The position numbers and the translations under genes were made by a program. From contig OZ246412.1 of assembly GCA_965231075.1 (NCBI GenBank), forward strand, positions 463,282 to 527,281: DNA of 64,000 nucleotides, in the 5' to 3' direction. The stretch's first letter is position 1; the number at the start of each line of letters is the position of its first letter. Positions 9,139-19,622 of the stretch are shown piece after piece. The notes beneath the pieces are model-generated. The model was not told the DNA's origin and searched no databases. It worked only from the letters and a program-made list of their open reading frames with translations. The DNA is from an uncultured Candidatus Saccharibacteria bacterium (GTDB lineage: Bacteria; Patescibacteriota; Minisyncoccia; RBG-13-40-8-A).

Positions 9139-11670
9139 ATGAGTAAAGATTTCTTTCCGCAAAAACCTGAAATTAGACCCACTATTTACGCCTATGAACT
9201 TATAGGCGTTGATTCACATAAGGGCCTGTTTAAGGTTGGCTACACTGTTCGTAATGCACAAGACAGAGTCGCCGAGCAATTAAAAACTAGCCGGCTTAAA
9301 TATAAAATTGTTCTCGAAGAATTCGCTGTTAGAAACGACGGAACTGCCTTTACAGATCATGAAGTCCATCATTATTTGAAACGTCGTAGCATTAAGAAAG
9401 AAGACGGAGAATGGTTTAAATGCACCGTAAAAGATATCAAGTCGGCTATCAATGATATAAGGAATCGAAAATTTAGTGTTGAAACGCGGGGATCAAATTT
9501 TAAAATGCGTCCAGAACAGAAGGCGGCGGTAGAAAAAACAGCAGATTATTTTGCGAGTTATAAAAAAGAAAATCCCAGTAAAACACCGCATTTTTTATGG
9601 AATGCAAAAATGCGTTTTGGTAAAACTTTTGCAACCTATCAATTGGCGAAAAAGATGGAGTGGACAAAGATTTTGGTAATGACTTTTAAGCCAGCAGTAG
9701 AAAGTGCTTGGGATGACGATTTAAAGGAACATGTTGATTTTCGAAATTGGCAATTTGTTTCAGCATCAGAGGACACGCTTTGGCATAAAGATATTAATCC
9801 CAAAAAACCGTTCGTGTGCTTCGGTTCATTTCAAGATTATTTAGGAAAAAATAAAAGCACAGGCGGTGTCAAAACAAAAAATAAGTGGGTACATAAAACT
9901 AAATGGGATTGTATTGTATTTGATGAATATCATTATGGTGCGTGGCGAGAAAATGCCAAAGAACTTTTTGAAGCAGAAGATAAAAAAGAAAAAGAATTTG
10001 CCGAGGGTCAAGGACTGGAATATTTAGACGAAAAAACATTGCCCATTGAAACGGAGGCATATTTATACCTTTCGGGGACTCCGTTTAGAGCAATAGCATC
10101 TGGCGAATTTATCGAGGAACAGATTTATAACTGGACATACTCGGACGAACAAAAAGCTAAAAATTCTTGGAATGACAAAGAAGGTTCTAATCCGTATGCC
10201 CCTCTTCCGCGCATGGTAATGATGACCTATCAACTACCGGATTCAATTCGAGATATAGCAATGCAGGGCGAATTCAATGAATTTGATTTGAACTTGTTTT
10301 TCTCTGCGGAGGGCAAGGGCAGGAATGCAAAATTTGCTTATGAGGACGAAGTTCAAAAATGGCTCGATTTGATTCGGGGTTCATTTTTAGAAACAACGAT
10401 TGACAACTTAAAGCTTGGCGCAAAAAAGCCTCCAATGCCCTTTTCTCATGCGGAACTTTTGAGTGTATTAAATCACACACTTTGGTTTTTGCCATCAGTT
10501 GCTTCGTGTCAGGCAATGTATAATTTACTAAAGAAAAAACAAAATACTTTTTATCATGATTATGAAATCATTGTGGCAGCAGGTCAGAAAGCGGGTATCG
10601 GGTTAAAAGCACTTCCGCCAGTTTTGGAAGCCATGGAAGATCCGCTGGAATCAAAAACTATTACTTTAACTTGTGGAAAGCTTTTGACTGGCGTAACCGT
10701 AAGGCCGTGGACAGGTATTTTCATGCTTCGCAATTGTTCAACTCCGGAAACATATTTTCAAGCCGCTTTCCGTGTTCAGTCTCCGTGGATCGTCAAAAAC
10801 CCGGATAACAAATCTCCGAATAAAGAAGAAATTATCAAGCAAGAGTGTTATGTCTTTGATTTTGCGCCCAATAGAGCATTGAGACAAATTGCTGAATATA
10901 GCTGTCGTCTTAACGTAAACGAATCTAATCCAGAGGCAAAAGTGGCTGAGTTTATAAGTTTTCTTCCGGTGCTTGCATATGATGGGAGTGCCATGAAACA
11001 AATCGATGCAGCGGGAATTTTAGACATGGCAATGAGTGGTACTACAGCAACACTTCTTGCGCGACGATGGGAAAGCGCCCTACTTGTAAATGTCGACAAC
11101 AATACATTAAACAGATTAATGAATGACAAAGCAGCAATGGACGCGCTCATGAGCATTGAAGGGTTTAGAAATTTGAATCAAGACATTGAGACGATTATTA
11201 ACAAATCCGAGTCTGTTGAAAAGATAAAAAGGGAGACGAACGACAAAGAGTTATCCAAAAAAGAGAAGAGAGAGCTTACCGAGGAAGAAAAAGAATACAA
11301 GAGTCTCCGCAAGCGGGTGCAGGATAAGCTTATTAAGTTTGCTACTCGCATACCCGTCTTTATGTATCTTACAGATTATCGCGAAAGAACATTAAAAGAT
11401 GTGATTACAAAACTAGAGCCTGGATTATTTAAAAAAGTTACCGGATTAACTCAAAAAGATTTCGAATTACTTGTAAGTCTCGGGGTATTCAATAGTGCAC
11501 TGATGAACGATGCGGTTTATAAGTTTAAGCGATATGAAGACGCGAGTCTTGTTTATACTGGAATAAATAAACACGAAGGTGAAAAAATAGGTCTTTATGA
11601 TACTGTGATCTCACAAGGAGAACATCGAAACGAGTCCGAAAAAATACTTATAAATAATCCGGCTGAATAA
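9139..11670 (+). CDS. Restriction endonuclease-like: GIY-YIG/T5orf172 nuclease + SF2 helicase
   Basis: IYAY...KVGYT...EWF N-terminus; NAKMRFGKT Walker A, FDEYH Walker B, LSGTP, QAAFR. Confidence 0.9.
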   Translation: MSKDFFPQKPEIRPTIYAYELIGVDSHKGLFKVGYTVRNAQDRVAEQLKTSRLKYKIVLEEFAVRNDGTAFTDHEVHHYLKRRSIKKEDGEWFKCTVKDIKSAINDIRNRKFSVETRGSNFKMRPEQKAAVEKTADYFASYKKENPSKTPHFLWNAKMRFGKTFATYQLAKKMEWTKILVMTFKPAVESAWDDDLKEHVDFRNWQFVSASEDTLWHKDINPKKPFVCFGSFQDYLGKNKSTGGVKTKNKWVHKTKWDCIVFDEYHYGAWRENAKELFEAEDKKEKEFAEGQGLEYLDEKTLPIETEAYLYLSGTPFRAIASGEFIEEQIYNWTYSDEQKAKNSWNDKEGSNPYAPLPRMVMMTYQLPDSIRDIAMQGEFNEFDLNLFFSAEGKGRNAKFAYEDEVQKWLDLIRGSFLETTIDNLKLGAKKPPMPFSHAELLSVLNHTLWFLPSVASCQAMYNLLKKKQNTFYHDYEIIVAAGQKAGIGLKALPPVLEAMEDPLESKTITLTCGKLLTGVTVRPWTGIFMLRNCSTPETYFQAAFRVQSPWIVKNPDNKSPNKEEIIKQECYVFDFAPNRALRQIAEYSCRLNVNESNPEAKVAEFISFLPVLAYDGSAMKQIDAAGILDMAMSGTTATLLARRWESALLVNVDNNTLNRLMNDKAAMDALMSIEGFRNLNQDIETIINKSESVEKIKRETNDKELSKKEKRELTEEEKEYKSLRKRVQDKLIKFATRIPVFMYLTDYRERTLKDVITKLEPGLFKKVTGLTQKDFELLVSLGVFNSALMNDAVYKFKRYEDASLVYTGINKHEGEKIGLYDTVISQGEHRNESEKILINNPAE

Positions 11671-11719
11671 AATTTGGGTTATTTGTTTTCAATATATAAA
11701 ATAATCAAAAAATAATTTT

Positions 11720-12133
11720 ATGGAAAAGAAAATAACTGAAGACTTTGTTAAACATTCAATTATTAAGTGGTTATCGGCAAATAACTGGGGACATTTTCAG
11801 TTTGGCGGTTTGCACGAGCGAGGCGTTGATATTAGGGCGAAACACAATCAATATCCAATTTATTATTTTATAGAAACAAAAGGTCAAGGGAAAATTAGGC
11901 AGGCCGATGAAGTAGCATTTGTGTATTCATTAGGACAAATTATTACCAGAATGAAAACAAATAATACGAGAAATAAACATGCCTTAGGGTTGCCAGATAC
12001 AAGTGCAAAAATCGCCATCCGGCGTATTCCTTGGCAAATCGCTAAAAAGCTTTTGCTTTATGTGCTTTCCGTAGATCGCACCGGAAAAGTTAAACAATAT
12101 TCTTGGCAGGATTTAAAGAAAGTTCAGAAATAA
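11720..12133 (+). CDS. PD-(D/E)xK nuclease-like protein
   Basis: E...GVDI...FIETK...LGQI. Confidence 0.65.
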   Translation: MEKKITEDFVKHSIIKWLSANNWGHFQFGGLHERGVDIRAKHNQYPIYYFIETKGQGKIRQADEVAFVYSLGQIITRMKTNNTRNKHALGLPDTSAKIAIRRIPWQIAKKLLLYVLSVDRTGKVKQYSWQDLKKVQK

Positions 12134-12153
12134 AAAATTTAATCGGAAAAATT

Positions 12154-12885
12154 ATGTTTATTTTTTTAGAGAGACAAAGAGGGAGATTGAATCAATGGTT
12201 AAAGAAAAAAACAACAATAGATTTTTCGGATTGGGGAGTTTTTATTTTATTCCTTGAAGGATTGTTTGCAATTATCTATTTAAATAAAGCCGCAAAAATC
12301 GCTGATATAATATCTGCCGTAGTCTTATGGTTTACTGCAATTGCGATATTGCAGTATACAAAGGAGACATACTGGTTGAAGCAAATACAAAACAAGCAAA
12401 TCAAAGAATTAAGAAAAAGCAGATGTTTAGAAAAAATGCCCATGATAAGAATTGTTTCTATGGACATAGAGAAGAAACCTCCAATACCCAAAGTTGATCC
12501 GTCAAGGATTCCACCAATAAAAGATAAAAATTTCTATAAAATCATTTATAAAAATATCGGAGAAGATTGGGCATTTATAAATAGCATCACAATGTGGGTA
12601 GGAAATCCGGCACCAGAAAAAGAGATCGTTTTTGAAGAACACGCATTCAAGAAAACTCTATTCAGAAACGAGGAAGATATTGTCGTTACTTACAATATAG
12701 AGAAAAAACAAAACGGCGAATTATTGCTTTTTCCCCGTAAAATAGAAATATCATTTTCTGATAGGTATGGAAATAATTTTGTTTATAAAGCCGAAAAGAT
12801 TTTACAATTGGCCGAACCAACTCCATTTTTGGGCGTTAGAGACTATATCAAAGAAGAGATACAATATCCTTCTAATTTGAGATAG
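12154..12885 (+). CDS. Hypothetical protein with two N-terminal TM helices
   Basis: Hydrophobic segments followed by soluble domain; start uncertain. Confidence 0.7.
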   Translation: MFIFLERQRGRLNQWLKKKTTIDFSDWGVFILFLEGLFAIIYLNKAAKIADIISAVVLWFTAIAILQYTKETYWLKQIQNKQIKELRKSRCLEKMPMIRIVSMDIEKKPPIPKVDPSRIPPIKDKNFYKIIYKNIGEDWAFINSITMWVGNPAPEKEIVFEEHAFKKTLFRNEEDIVVTYNIEKKQNGELLLFPRKIEISFSDRYGNNFVYKAEKILQLAEPTPFLGVRDYIKEEIQYPSNLR

Positions 12886-12940
12886 ACGATTAACAAAAAT
12901 TTAATTTTAGAAAACAACCCCATAATAAAGTTTAAAAATC

Positions 12941-13546
12941 ATGCACAGATTTAGAAATCCATTTATAGATATCGCTACATTGGTGGCTTTAATTATCAAT
13001 ACCATTGCTTTAATTGTGGTCATTTGGCAAACCATTATTGCGAAACGATCATTGGCTGTCACCAAAAAAAGTGTTGACGACGCAAAAACGCAAAGGCAAT
13101 TAGAAGCGCTTCCAAAATTCGCATGGGTAATTGAAATACAGGTGCAGTTAGAATGTTGGAAAAAGAGTTTACAAGAAAAAAGAGATCTGCTACAAAAAGG
13201 AATAGATGAAAAAAACAATGAAATGTTTAAAAAGGCAAGCGATACCAAAATAAAGAGTTCAAAAGATTTAGCCCTCAATAGATTTCTTTATGACAATATG
13301 CCCGCTTGGTTGCGAGAATTGTGGATGTCTGGTGTTCAATATTATTATGATGCGATAGCTGCACTACCCTATGTCTATAAAGACGAAAAACCAAACCATG
13401 ATTATGCTAAAAAATGGATAAAGGAGCGGTGTGGAGATTCATTACAAGCCATTTCAAAACTATTGGAATACTTTAAAGAAATGGTGCCACCTGTGATTTT
13501 AGACACGCCAGCAAGTTTGTCCGATAAAGATTTTTTGAGAGATTAA
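12941..13546 (+). CDS. Hypothetical membrane-anchored helical protein
   Basis: 201 aa, single N-terminal TM. Confidence 0.7.
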   Translation: MHRFRNPFIDIATLVALIINTIALIVVIWQTIIAKRSLAVTKKSVDDAKTQRQLEALPKFAWVIEIQVQLECWKKSLQEKRDLLQKGIDEKNNEMFKKASDTKIKSSKDLALNRFLYDNMPAWLRELWMSGVQYYYDAIAALPYVYKDEKPNHDYAKKWIKERCGDSLQAISKLLEYFKEMVPPVILDTPASLSDKDFLRD

Positions 13547-13578
13547 AGAGTGGAAAATAATAATAAAAAAATAAATTT

Positions 13579-14109
13579 ATGGATCAACTTAGTGGATTAT
13601 TTGGAAAATTGTTATTGTATTTGGGGCCAATTTTTATTGTGGCCTTAATAATTAAATATTTATTGCCAGAATTAATTAAGGCATTCAAGATAAGGAAGAA
13701 ATTTAAAGCTGGGCAAAAATGGAGTTCAGAAAAAGATTTAATTTATTGGTTGCGAGGAATGAAACCGTGGGAGTTTGAGGAATACATTTCTGGACTATTT
13801 TCAAAATTAGGTTATAAAATAGAAAAAGTCGGTGGAGGATATGATAAAGGAGTCGATGTTATTGCAGAGAAAAATGGAATTAAACACTATATCCAATGCA
13901 AGAAATACATAACTTCTGAAGTTGGAGTTGGCGAGGTTAGAGATTTTTATGGCGCAATTGCCGATCATTTGGCCCAAGGCAAGGGTTATTTCATAACCAC
14001 GAACAAATTCACCTTAGAAGCAGAAAAATTCGCTGAAAGCAAGCCAATCGAACTAATTGATTCTTATGGACTACTAAAGTATATTAAATTGGCAGAAGAT
14101 AAAAAATAA
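13579..14109 (+). CDS. Mrr-family restriction endonuclease with N-terminal TM
   Basis: EFEEYI...DKGVDVIA...IQCKKY...ITT..FT..A..FA...IELID Mrr_cat motifs. Confidence 0.88.
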   Translation: MDQLSGLFGKLLLYLGPIFIVALIIKYLLPELIKAFKIRKKFKAGQKWSSEKDLIYWLRGMKPWEFEEYISGLFSKLGYKIEKVGGGYDKGVDVIAEKNGIKHYIQCKKYITSEVGVGEVRDFYGAIADHLAQGKGYFITTNKFTLEAEKFAESKPIELIDSYGLLKYIKLAEDKK

Positions 14110-14111
14110 AA

Positions 14112-14798
14112 ATGCAAAAATTAGATAGAACGAAATATATTAGTGGAAAAAATCTCGGTGAATTGGCATTACAAAAATTTTGTCCAAGGTGTTTTTGGTT
14201 AAAAAGACACATTGGAGATACGCCGGGCGGTTTTCCTGGCATATTCTCCACTATCGATAGTTTAACCAAAAGAAGCACAAAGAGATCTTTTGATTCTAAA
14301 AATATTCCTCCACTTTGGTTAAAAATAAATGGTCTCAAAAAGGTTTTATCTGTTCCCAAGATAAAAGTTGATATGAGTGAGCATGGCGGATGGATTTTAA
14401 CTGGTGCCATTGATGATGCCTTTTTGAGAGATGACGGGACAGTGCATATCGTAGACTATAAGACCGCAAAGCATACAAAGACACAAGACGAATTACGACC
14501 AGAATACGATGTTCAATTAAATGCCTATGCACTTGCTTTACAAAAAATGGGGATTGGAAAGGTATCTCGTTTGTCTTTGATCTATTGCGAACCTAGTGAA
14601 AATTTAGATTCTGATAGTGATTTTAAATTATCTTTTAGTACACATATTGAAGATGTTGAAATAAACCCCGACCTTGTTCCCAAACTTCTGATTAAGGCAA
14701 GAAATATTTTAAATGCCGATATTCCCAATTCTATTGAAAAATGTACTGGTATTTGTTCGTGGATAGAAAAATACGACGTCAAAATGAGTAATTTATAA
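14112..14798 (+). CDS. PD-(D/E)xK RecB/Cas4-like nuclease
   Basis: CPRC, GAIDD...IVDYKT, QLNAY, C-terminal CxxxC. Confidence 0.85.
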   Translation: MQKLDRTKYISGKNLGELALQKFCPRCFWLKRHIGDTPGGFPGIFSTIDSLTKRSTKRSFDSKNIPPLWLKINGLKKVLSVPKIKVDMSEHGGWILTGAIDDAFLRDDGTVHIVDYKTAKHTKTQDELRPEYDVQLNAYALALQKMGIGKVSRLSLIYCEPSENLDSDSDFKLSFSTHIEDVEINPDLVPKLLIKARNILNADIPNSIEKCTGICSWIEKYDVKMSNL

Positions 14799-14799
14799 A

Positions 14800-16308
14800 A
14801 TGAACGACGATTTATTGCAAAAATTAAAAGTCTGGAGACAAAACATGGTCAACATTGAAAAAGTTGAACCATTTCGAATTTTTACAAACAAAACATTGGA
14901 AAATATTGCAGAAATAAAACCATCAAACCGAGAGGAGCTGATGGCTATAAAGGGTATCAAAGATAGAAAATTTGCAAAATATGGAGAAAAGATTCTATCT
15001 ATAATCAATAATGGTGAAGAGTATCCAGAATTATTTAATAGTTCTCCAAACAAGCAACCCGACAAACCACTGTCTGTTAGTGCGTATATAGATTTGTTGA
15101 ATCATCAACTGAGCAAGTGTAGTGCCAGAATTAAGGGGGAAATTAGTAGTGTAGACACAAGAGATCGAGTTATATATTTCTCGCTCAAAGATTCAGACGA
15201 TGAGAGTATTATTAATTGTTTAATTTGGAAACGCGATTATAATTTGAGTGGCATTGAATTTGAGGTGGGCATGGAAGTTATTCTTGAAGGAACGCCCGAC
15301 ATGTACAAACCAACTGGTCGACTGTCGTTTAAGGCCTCATCGGTTGAGTTGGTTGGAGAGGGTGCCCTTAAAAAAGCATATGATCAATTGAAAAAGAAAC
15401 TCACCGCTGAAGGATTATTGTTAAAGGAGAGAAAAAGAGAAATTCCCAACCTTCCCCAAAAAATCGGAATAATTACTTCTCGACAAGGAGCAGTTTTAGC
15501 GGATTTCTTAAGTAATATTGGCCATTATGGTTTTAAAATTAAAATGATTGATTCTAGAGTCGAAGGACAGTCAGCTGTCACAGATTTACTGTCAGCCATT
15601 AAAACCATCAAGAAAAAAAATATTGAAGTTTTAGTTATCATGAGGGGCGGCGGTTCTTTTGAATCATTGCAGCCATTTAATAATGAATTATTAATTAGAG
15701 AGATTGTAAATTTTCCCGTTCCGGTAATTGCGGCAATTGGTCACGACAAAGACATGCCATTAGTTTCTTTGGTTGCAGACCTTGAAGTTTCCACGCCAAG
15801 CATTGCCGCCATTACGCTCAGCAAATCATGGAGGGAAGCCATTATGTTTTTAGAAAAGCATGAAAGAAGTATATTTGATAATTATGGAAATAACATAAAA
15901 AATACACACGACTTAATAAGTCAATCAATCGAGATAACTCGAGAATCCAGCGAATCTATTATCAAAAAATATAAAGATATTAAAAATAATTTTAGAGTCT
16001 CGGTCCAAATTTTTAAAAACACTTTATTAAATATTAAAGATGGTTTAACAGATTTTTGTAGCAAAACATTATTCGGTTTTAGCGGATTAGTTAAGAGAGG
16101 GTATCAACAACTGGAAAAATCGAGAAGCATTATCTCCGCGCATAATCCAGAACGACAATTGAGCCTGGGATACAGCATAGCTAGCATTGACGGCAAGATA
16201 GTTAAAAGCGTAAAAGATGCCACCGCGGGAAACAACATAAATTTAATGGTTACCGACGGAACGATTATTTCACAAATTAAAAATATAAATAAGAAATTAA
16301 TAAAATAA
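14800..16308 (+). CDS. xseA: Exodeoxyribonuclease VII large subunit with N-terminal HRDC domain
   Basis: LKVWR...FRIFTNKTL..IA...GI....KYGE HRDC; OB fold, IGIITS, RGGGS, AIGHDKD, TPS. Confidence 0.93.
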   Translation: MNDDLLQKLKVWRQNMVNIEKVEPFRIFTNKTLENIAEIKPSNREELMAIKGIKDRKFAKYGEKILSIINNGEEYPELFNSSPNKQPDKPLSVSAYIDLLNHQLSKCSARIKGEISSVDTRDRVIYFSLKDSDDESIINCLIWKRDYNLSGIEFEVGMEVILEGTPDMYKPTGRLSFKASSVELVGEGALKKAYDQLKKKLTAEGLLLKERKREIPNLPQKIGIITSRQGAVLADFLSNIGHYGFKIKMIDSRVEGQSAVTDLLSAIKTIKKKNIEVLVIMRGGGSFESLQPFNNELLIREIVNFPVPVIAAIGHDKDMPLVSLVADLEVSTPSIAAITLSKSWREAIMFLEKHERSIFDNYGNNIKNTHDLISQSIEITRESSESIIKKYKDIKNNFRVSVQIFKNTLLNIKDGLTDFCSKTLFGFSGLVKRGYQQLEKSRSIISAHNPERQLSLGYSIASIDGKIVKSVKDATAGNNINLMVTDGTIISQIKNINKKLIK

Positions 16309-16313
16309 ATAAT

Positions 16314-16547
16314 ATGCCAAAAGAATATGCCAAAAATTTAAATAATGATCTTAAGCGCTTATCGGAGATTACCGATTGGTTTAATAATCAAGAAGAAGTT
16401 GACGTAGAAGAGGGACTAAAAAAAGTGAAAGAAGCGGTCGGACTCATTAAGGCCAGTAAATCCAGACTTAAAGAGATAGAGAACGAATTTGAAGAAATTA
16501 AAAAGGAAATAGAAACAGAAGAAAAAACGGATGAAGAAAATAATTAA
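16314..16547 (+). CDS. xseB: Exodeoxyribonuclease VII small subunit
   Basis: Short coiled-coil following xseA, LSEI...DVEEGL pattern. Confidence 0.85.
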   Translation: MPKEYAKNLNNDLKRLSEITDWFNNQEEVDVEEGLKKVKEAVGLIKASKSRLKEIENEFEEIKKEIETEEKTDEENN

Positions 16548-16562
16548 TGATTTTAATAAAAC

Positions 16563-17255
16563 ATGATTTCTCCCAAAGCAATAAAAGAATTCCAAGAAAT
16601 ATACAAGAAAGAATATGACAAGGAATTGACCCACGAAGAAGCAGCGGAGGCCAGCCGTAATTTGGCTGGCCTTTTTGAGATTTTATATAACAGCCACATC
16701 GCCGAACTTAAATTGAAAGAAAAACTGAAAAAATCTCCTAAGGGGTTTTCGTTAATGGATGGTCAAACCTATAACTGCGGCATTTGCCATGCCCAAATAA
16801 AAGACGAAGAACTTTGGTATGATAAATGGGGCAAAAAATGTTTGGCCTGCCAAGACGCAATCAATAAAAAAATCATTCCCGGGAAGATTTGTTATAACGA
16901 TAAATATTGGTATGCCACATGGGAACTTGAATCATATCTTAAATTGAAATCGCCGACGGTTAAAAAACTTATTCGACAAGGTGTTTTAAATGTTCGCATT
17001 ATACCCAAAAGTGGTTTTGAAGTTTTTCTTTTAAAAGAGAATGCTGATGTACTACCACCTAAAAATGTTTTAGAGCATGTTTCTGTGCCAACGAAAGGTG
17101 AAGAGAATACAATTACCATAACTCCTTGGTATGAAATTTATGATCCTAAAAAGGTACTTAGAAAATATAAGATTTGGCCATATTTAACAGCATTCCAGCA
17201 GTCCCCAAAAAATCATAAGCACTGTCGCATTTTGAAGGCAATGAAGAACTATTGA
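16563..17255 (+). CDS. Hypothetical protein with CxxC...CxxC Zn finger and HTH-like region
   Basis: CGIC and CLAC; helical N-terminus. Confidence 0.75.
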   Translation: MISPKAIKEFQEIYKKEYDKELTHEEAAEASRNLAGLFEILYNSHIAELKLKEKLKKSPKGFSLMDGQTYNCGICHAQIKDEELWYDKWGKKCLACQDAINKKIIPGKICYNDKYWYATWELESYLKLKSPTVKKLIRQGVLNVRIIPKSGFEVFLLKENADVLPPKNVLEHVSVPTKGEENTITITPWYEIYDPKKVLRKYKIWPYLTAFQQSPKNHKHCRILKAMKNY

Positions 17256-17279
17256 AATTAATCAAACCAAACAAAAATC

Positions 17280-18017
17280 ATGATTTATATTAAACTTAAA
17301 GGTAAAAATATGGTGTGTTTTGATGAAATCGAATTAGATAATTTGTATAAACAAAAACAATTTTTAGAAATTTTAAAGGAAATGTCTAGGCAAAATGTTA
17401 CATTTAACGACATAAGAAATGATGAACAAAAAATGTTAGATATCTCAAGTGCCATATCGCAAAACGCATCTAAGAGCAAAGAAGAACATGAATTTTTTTC
17501 GGCTTTTTACATATTCTTGAGATTTTATAAAAAAGACAGTAAGGTTTGTTTTGAATTAAAACATACTTTTGACTTTAAACAAACAATAGACACATTCGAA
17601 GACCTAAAAAAGGCAACAGAAGAAGATACTCTAAATGATTTCATTATTAAATCTGGAAACGAAATAAAATTATTTCAGTTAAAAAGATTTCGAGATGAAG
17701 CAAAAACCGACCAAGCACAAAGGTTTATAAAAAAAGTATTATTACATTACGGTAATAACCTGGGAGAAACAAATTTATTAATAATGCTAGAATCTCCAAA
17801 ATGGGGATCTGCCATAGAAGAGAAATTTTTTGAGAATATAAACAAAGAAATTAATAGCTTAAAACTGAAATCAGAATCACAAATACTAATTGCATATAAC
17901 GAAAATAATATGCACAGCGTTGTTGTTCAGGTCTATCCAAGACTCGCCAAATCACAAATTCCTCTAAAAATAAACTATAGGTCTCTATTGTCAGAATATG
18001 AAAAACGTCAAAATTAA
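17280..18017 (+). CDS. Hypothetical protein, possible D..QxK nuclease fold
   Basis: NDFII...FQLK. Confidence 0.6.
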   Translation: MIYIKLKGKNMVCFDEIELDNLYKQKQFLEILKEMSRQNVTFNDIRNDEQKMLDISSAISQNASKSKEEHEFFSAFYIFLRFYKKDSKVCFELKHTFDFKQTIDTFEDLKKATEEDTLNDFIIKSGNEIKLFQLKRFRDEAKTDQAQRFIKKVLLHYGNNLGETNLLIMLESPKWGSAIEEKFFENINKEINSLKLKSESQILIAYNENNMHSVVVQVYPRLAKSQIPLKINYRSLLSEYEKRQN

Positions 18018-18023
18018 ACTTCA

Positions 18024-18602
18024 ATGACAATGATTTCAGAAAAACAATTTAAAGAAAATCTAATATATAATTTAAACCGCCTTAGCTTAGGATGGATTGA
18101 TGGAGATAAACAAAATCACAATAACAGAACCGCTGATATAGTAAACCATCGGGTCAAGACAGCTATAGAGATTAAAGACGACACAAAATACAAAACCGAA
18201 CTACCCACGGTCCCCGGGGTTATAATTGGACAGGGATGTGATCTAACAAAGATGAATCAACGATATAGTGATCATGTTAAGTCAGCAAACAATAAATTTA
18301 AACAATATCCTGGCTATAAAACAATTTTAATTTTCAGAACAGAATTTATAATTACCGATATTATTCGATATGCAATTGAGGGGTTGCATTCTTATCAGAA
18401 ATCAGGAGCTGGAATGACGTATATTGGTCGGAGAGGCAAATATTCACAATTCGCTAAAAACGAAATAGGATGTTTTATTATAATCAATGGAGGTGATTTT
18501 GGTTATTTCCCAAACCAACTCTCAAAAGAAGATCGTATCATGAGTAAAGATGAGATAGAAATAATATTCGGACACAAATTTAACGATATCTCTACAAGAT
18601 AA
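18024..18602 (+). CDS. Hypothetical PD-(D/E)xK-like nuclease
   Basis: TADIV...AIEIK. Confidence 0.6.
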   Translation: MTMISEKQFKENLIYNLNRLSLGWIDGDKQNHNNRTADIVNHRVKTAIEIKDDTKYKTELPTVPGVIIGQGCDLTKMNQRYSDHVKSANNKFKQYPGYKTILIFRTEFIITDIIRYAIEGLHSYQKSGAGMTYIGRRGKYSQFAKNEIGCFIIINGGDFGYFPNQLSKEDRIMSKDEIEIIFGHKFNDISTR

Positions 18603-18607
18603 AGCAT

Positions 18608-19579
18608 ATGGTTAAGAATAAAAACATTATAATTGTAGTTGGAACAATTTTAGCAATAATAATTATCGCGGTTTTTGTGTTTCTATATCAATTTTCCGCG
18701 CCACGAAGAAATGCTGAAGAAGAAAGCATAGTGGTTAATTCTACCACCACCACAACAGAATTAATCCCAAAATTAAAAGAACAGGGATATATAAAAAATA
18801 TATGGGCATTTAAATTTGCGTTAAAGAATGGAGAAGTTAGACCAGGCGGATATAAAATTTCAAAAGGCATGAATGCGTGGAAAATTGCCAGAATATTAAC
18901 TGGCGAGCCATATATGAAATGGGTCGTGATTCCCGAAGGATTAAGAAAAGAACAAATAGCGAAAATCCTTAGCGATGAACTTGGCTGGAACGAACAACAA
19001 GAAAGTGATTGGATTAAAAAATACACCGCCATGAAATTCGATTATATTGAGGGCGTTTATTTTCCCGATACCTACCTTATACCGAAAAATGAAAATGGAC
19101 TAGAAGTTGCCCAACGTTTTATTAATAAATTTAACGAAGAATTTGCATCGTATTCTGATAAATTTACACAAGCGAATATTAAATGGACCACCGCCTTAAA
19201 AATCGCTTCACTTATTCAGCGAGAAGCAGGAAGCAAAGACGATATGCCGCTTATTGCGGGCATAATCTGGAACCGCTTATCAAAAGATATGAAGCTCGAA
19301 ATTGACGCCACGCTGCAGTATGCCAGAGGTGATACCGGCAATGGTTGGTGGTCACCAATCAATGTATCGGACAAACAGACCGATTCGCCATATAATACTT
19401 ATCTTTATAAGGGACTTCCGCCTCATCCAATTTGTAATCCGGGAATCAACGCCATAGACGCGGTTTTAAATCCTACCCAGACCGATTGTTTATATTATTT
19501 ACATGATTCGAATAGACAAATTCATTGTGCCGTAACCTACGAGGAGCATAAAGCAAACATTGAAAAATATCTAAAATAA
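18608..19579 (+). CDS. mltG: Endolytic transglycosylase MltG
   Basis: IPEGLR, EGVYFPDTY, ASLIQREA, SPYNTY..KGLPPHPICNPG. Confidence 0.95.
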   Translation: MVKNKNIIIVVGTILAIIIIAVFVFLYQFSAPRRNAEEESIVVNSTTTTTELIPKLKEQGYIKNIWAFKFALKNGEVRPGGYKISKGMNAWKIARILTGEPYMKWVVIPEGLRKEQIAKILSDELGWNEQQESDWIKKYTAMKFDYIEGVYFPDTYLIPKNENGLEVAQRFINKFNEEFASYSDKFTQANIKWTTALKIASLIQREAGSKDDMPLIAGIIWNRLSKDMKLEIDATLQYARGDTGNGWWSPINVSDKQTDSPYNTYLYKGLPPHPICNPGINAIDAVLNPTQTDCLYYLHDSNRQIHCAVTYEEHKANIEKYLK

Positions 19580-19622
19580 AACGGATGGGAAAATACTGAG
19601 ATTTATTAAAATTAATACGAAA

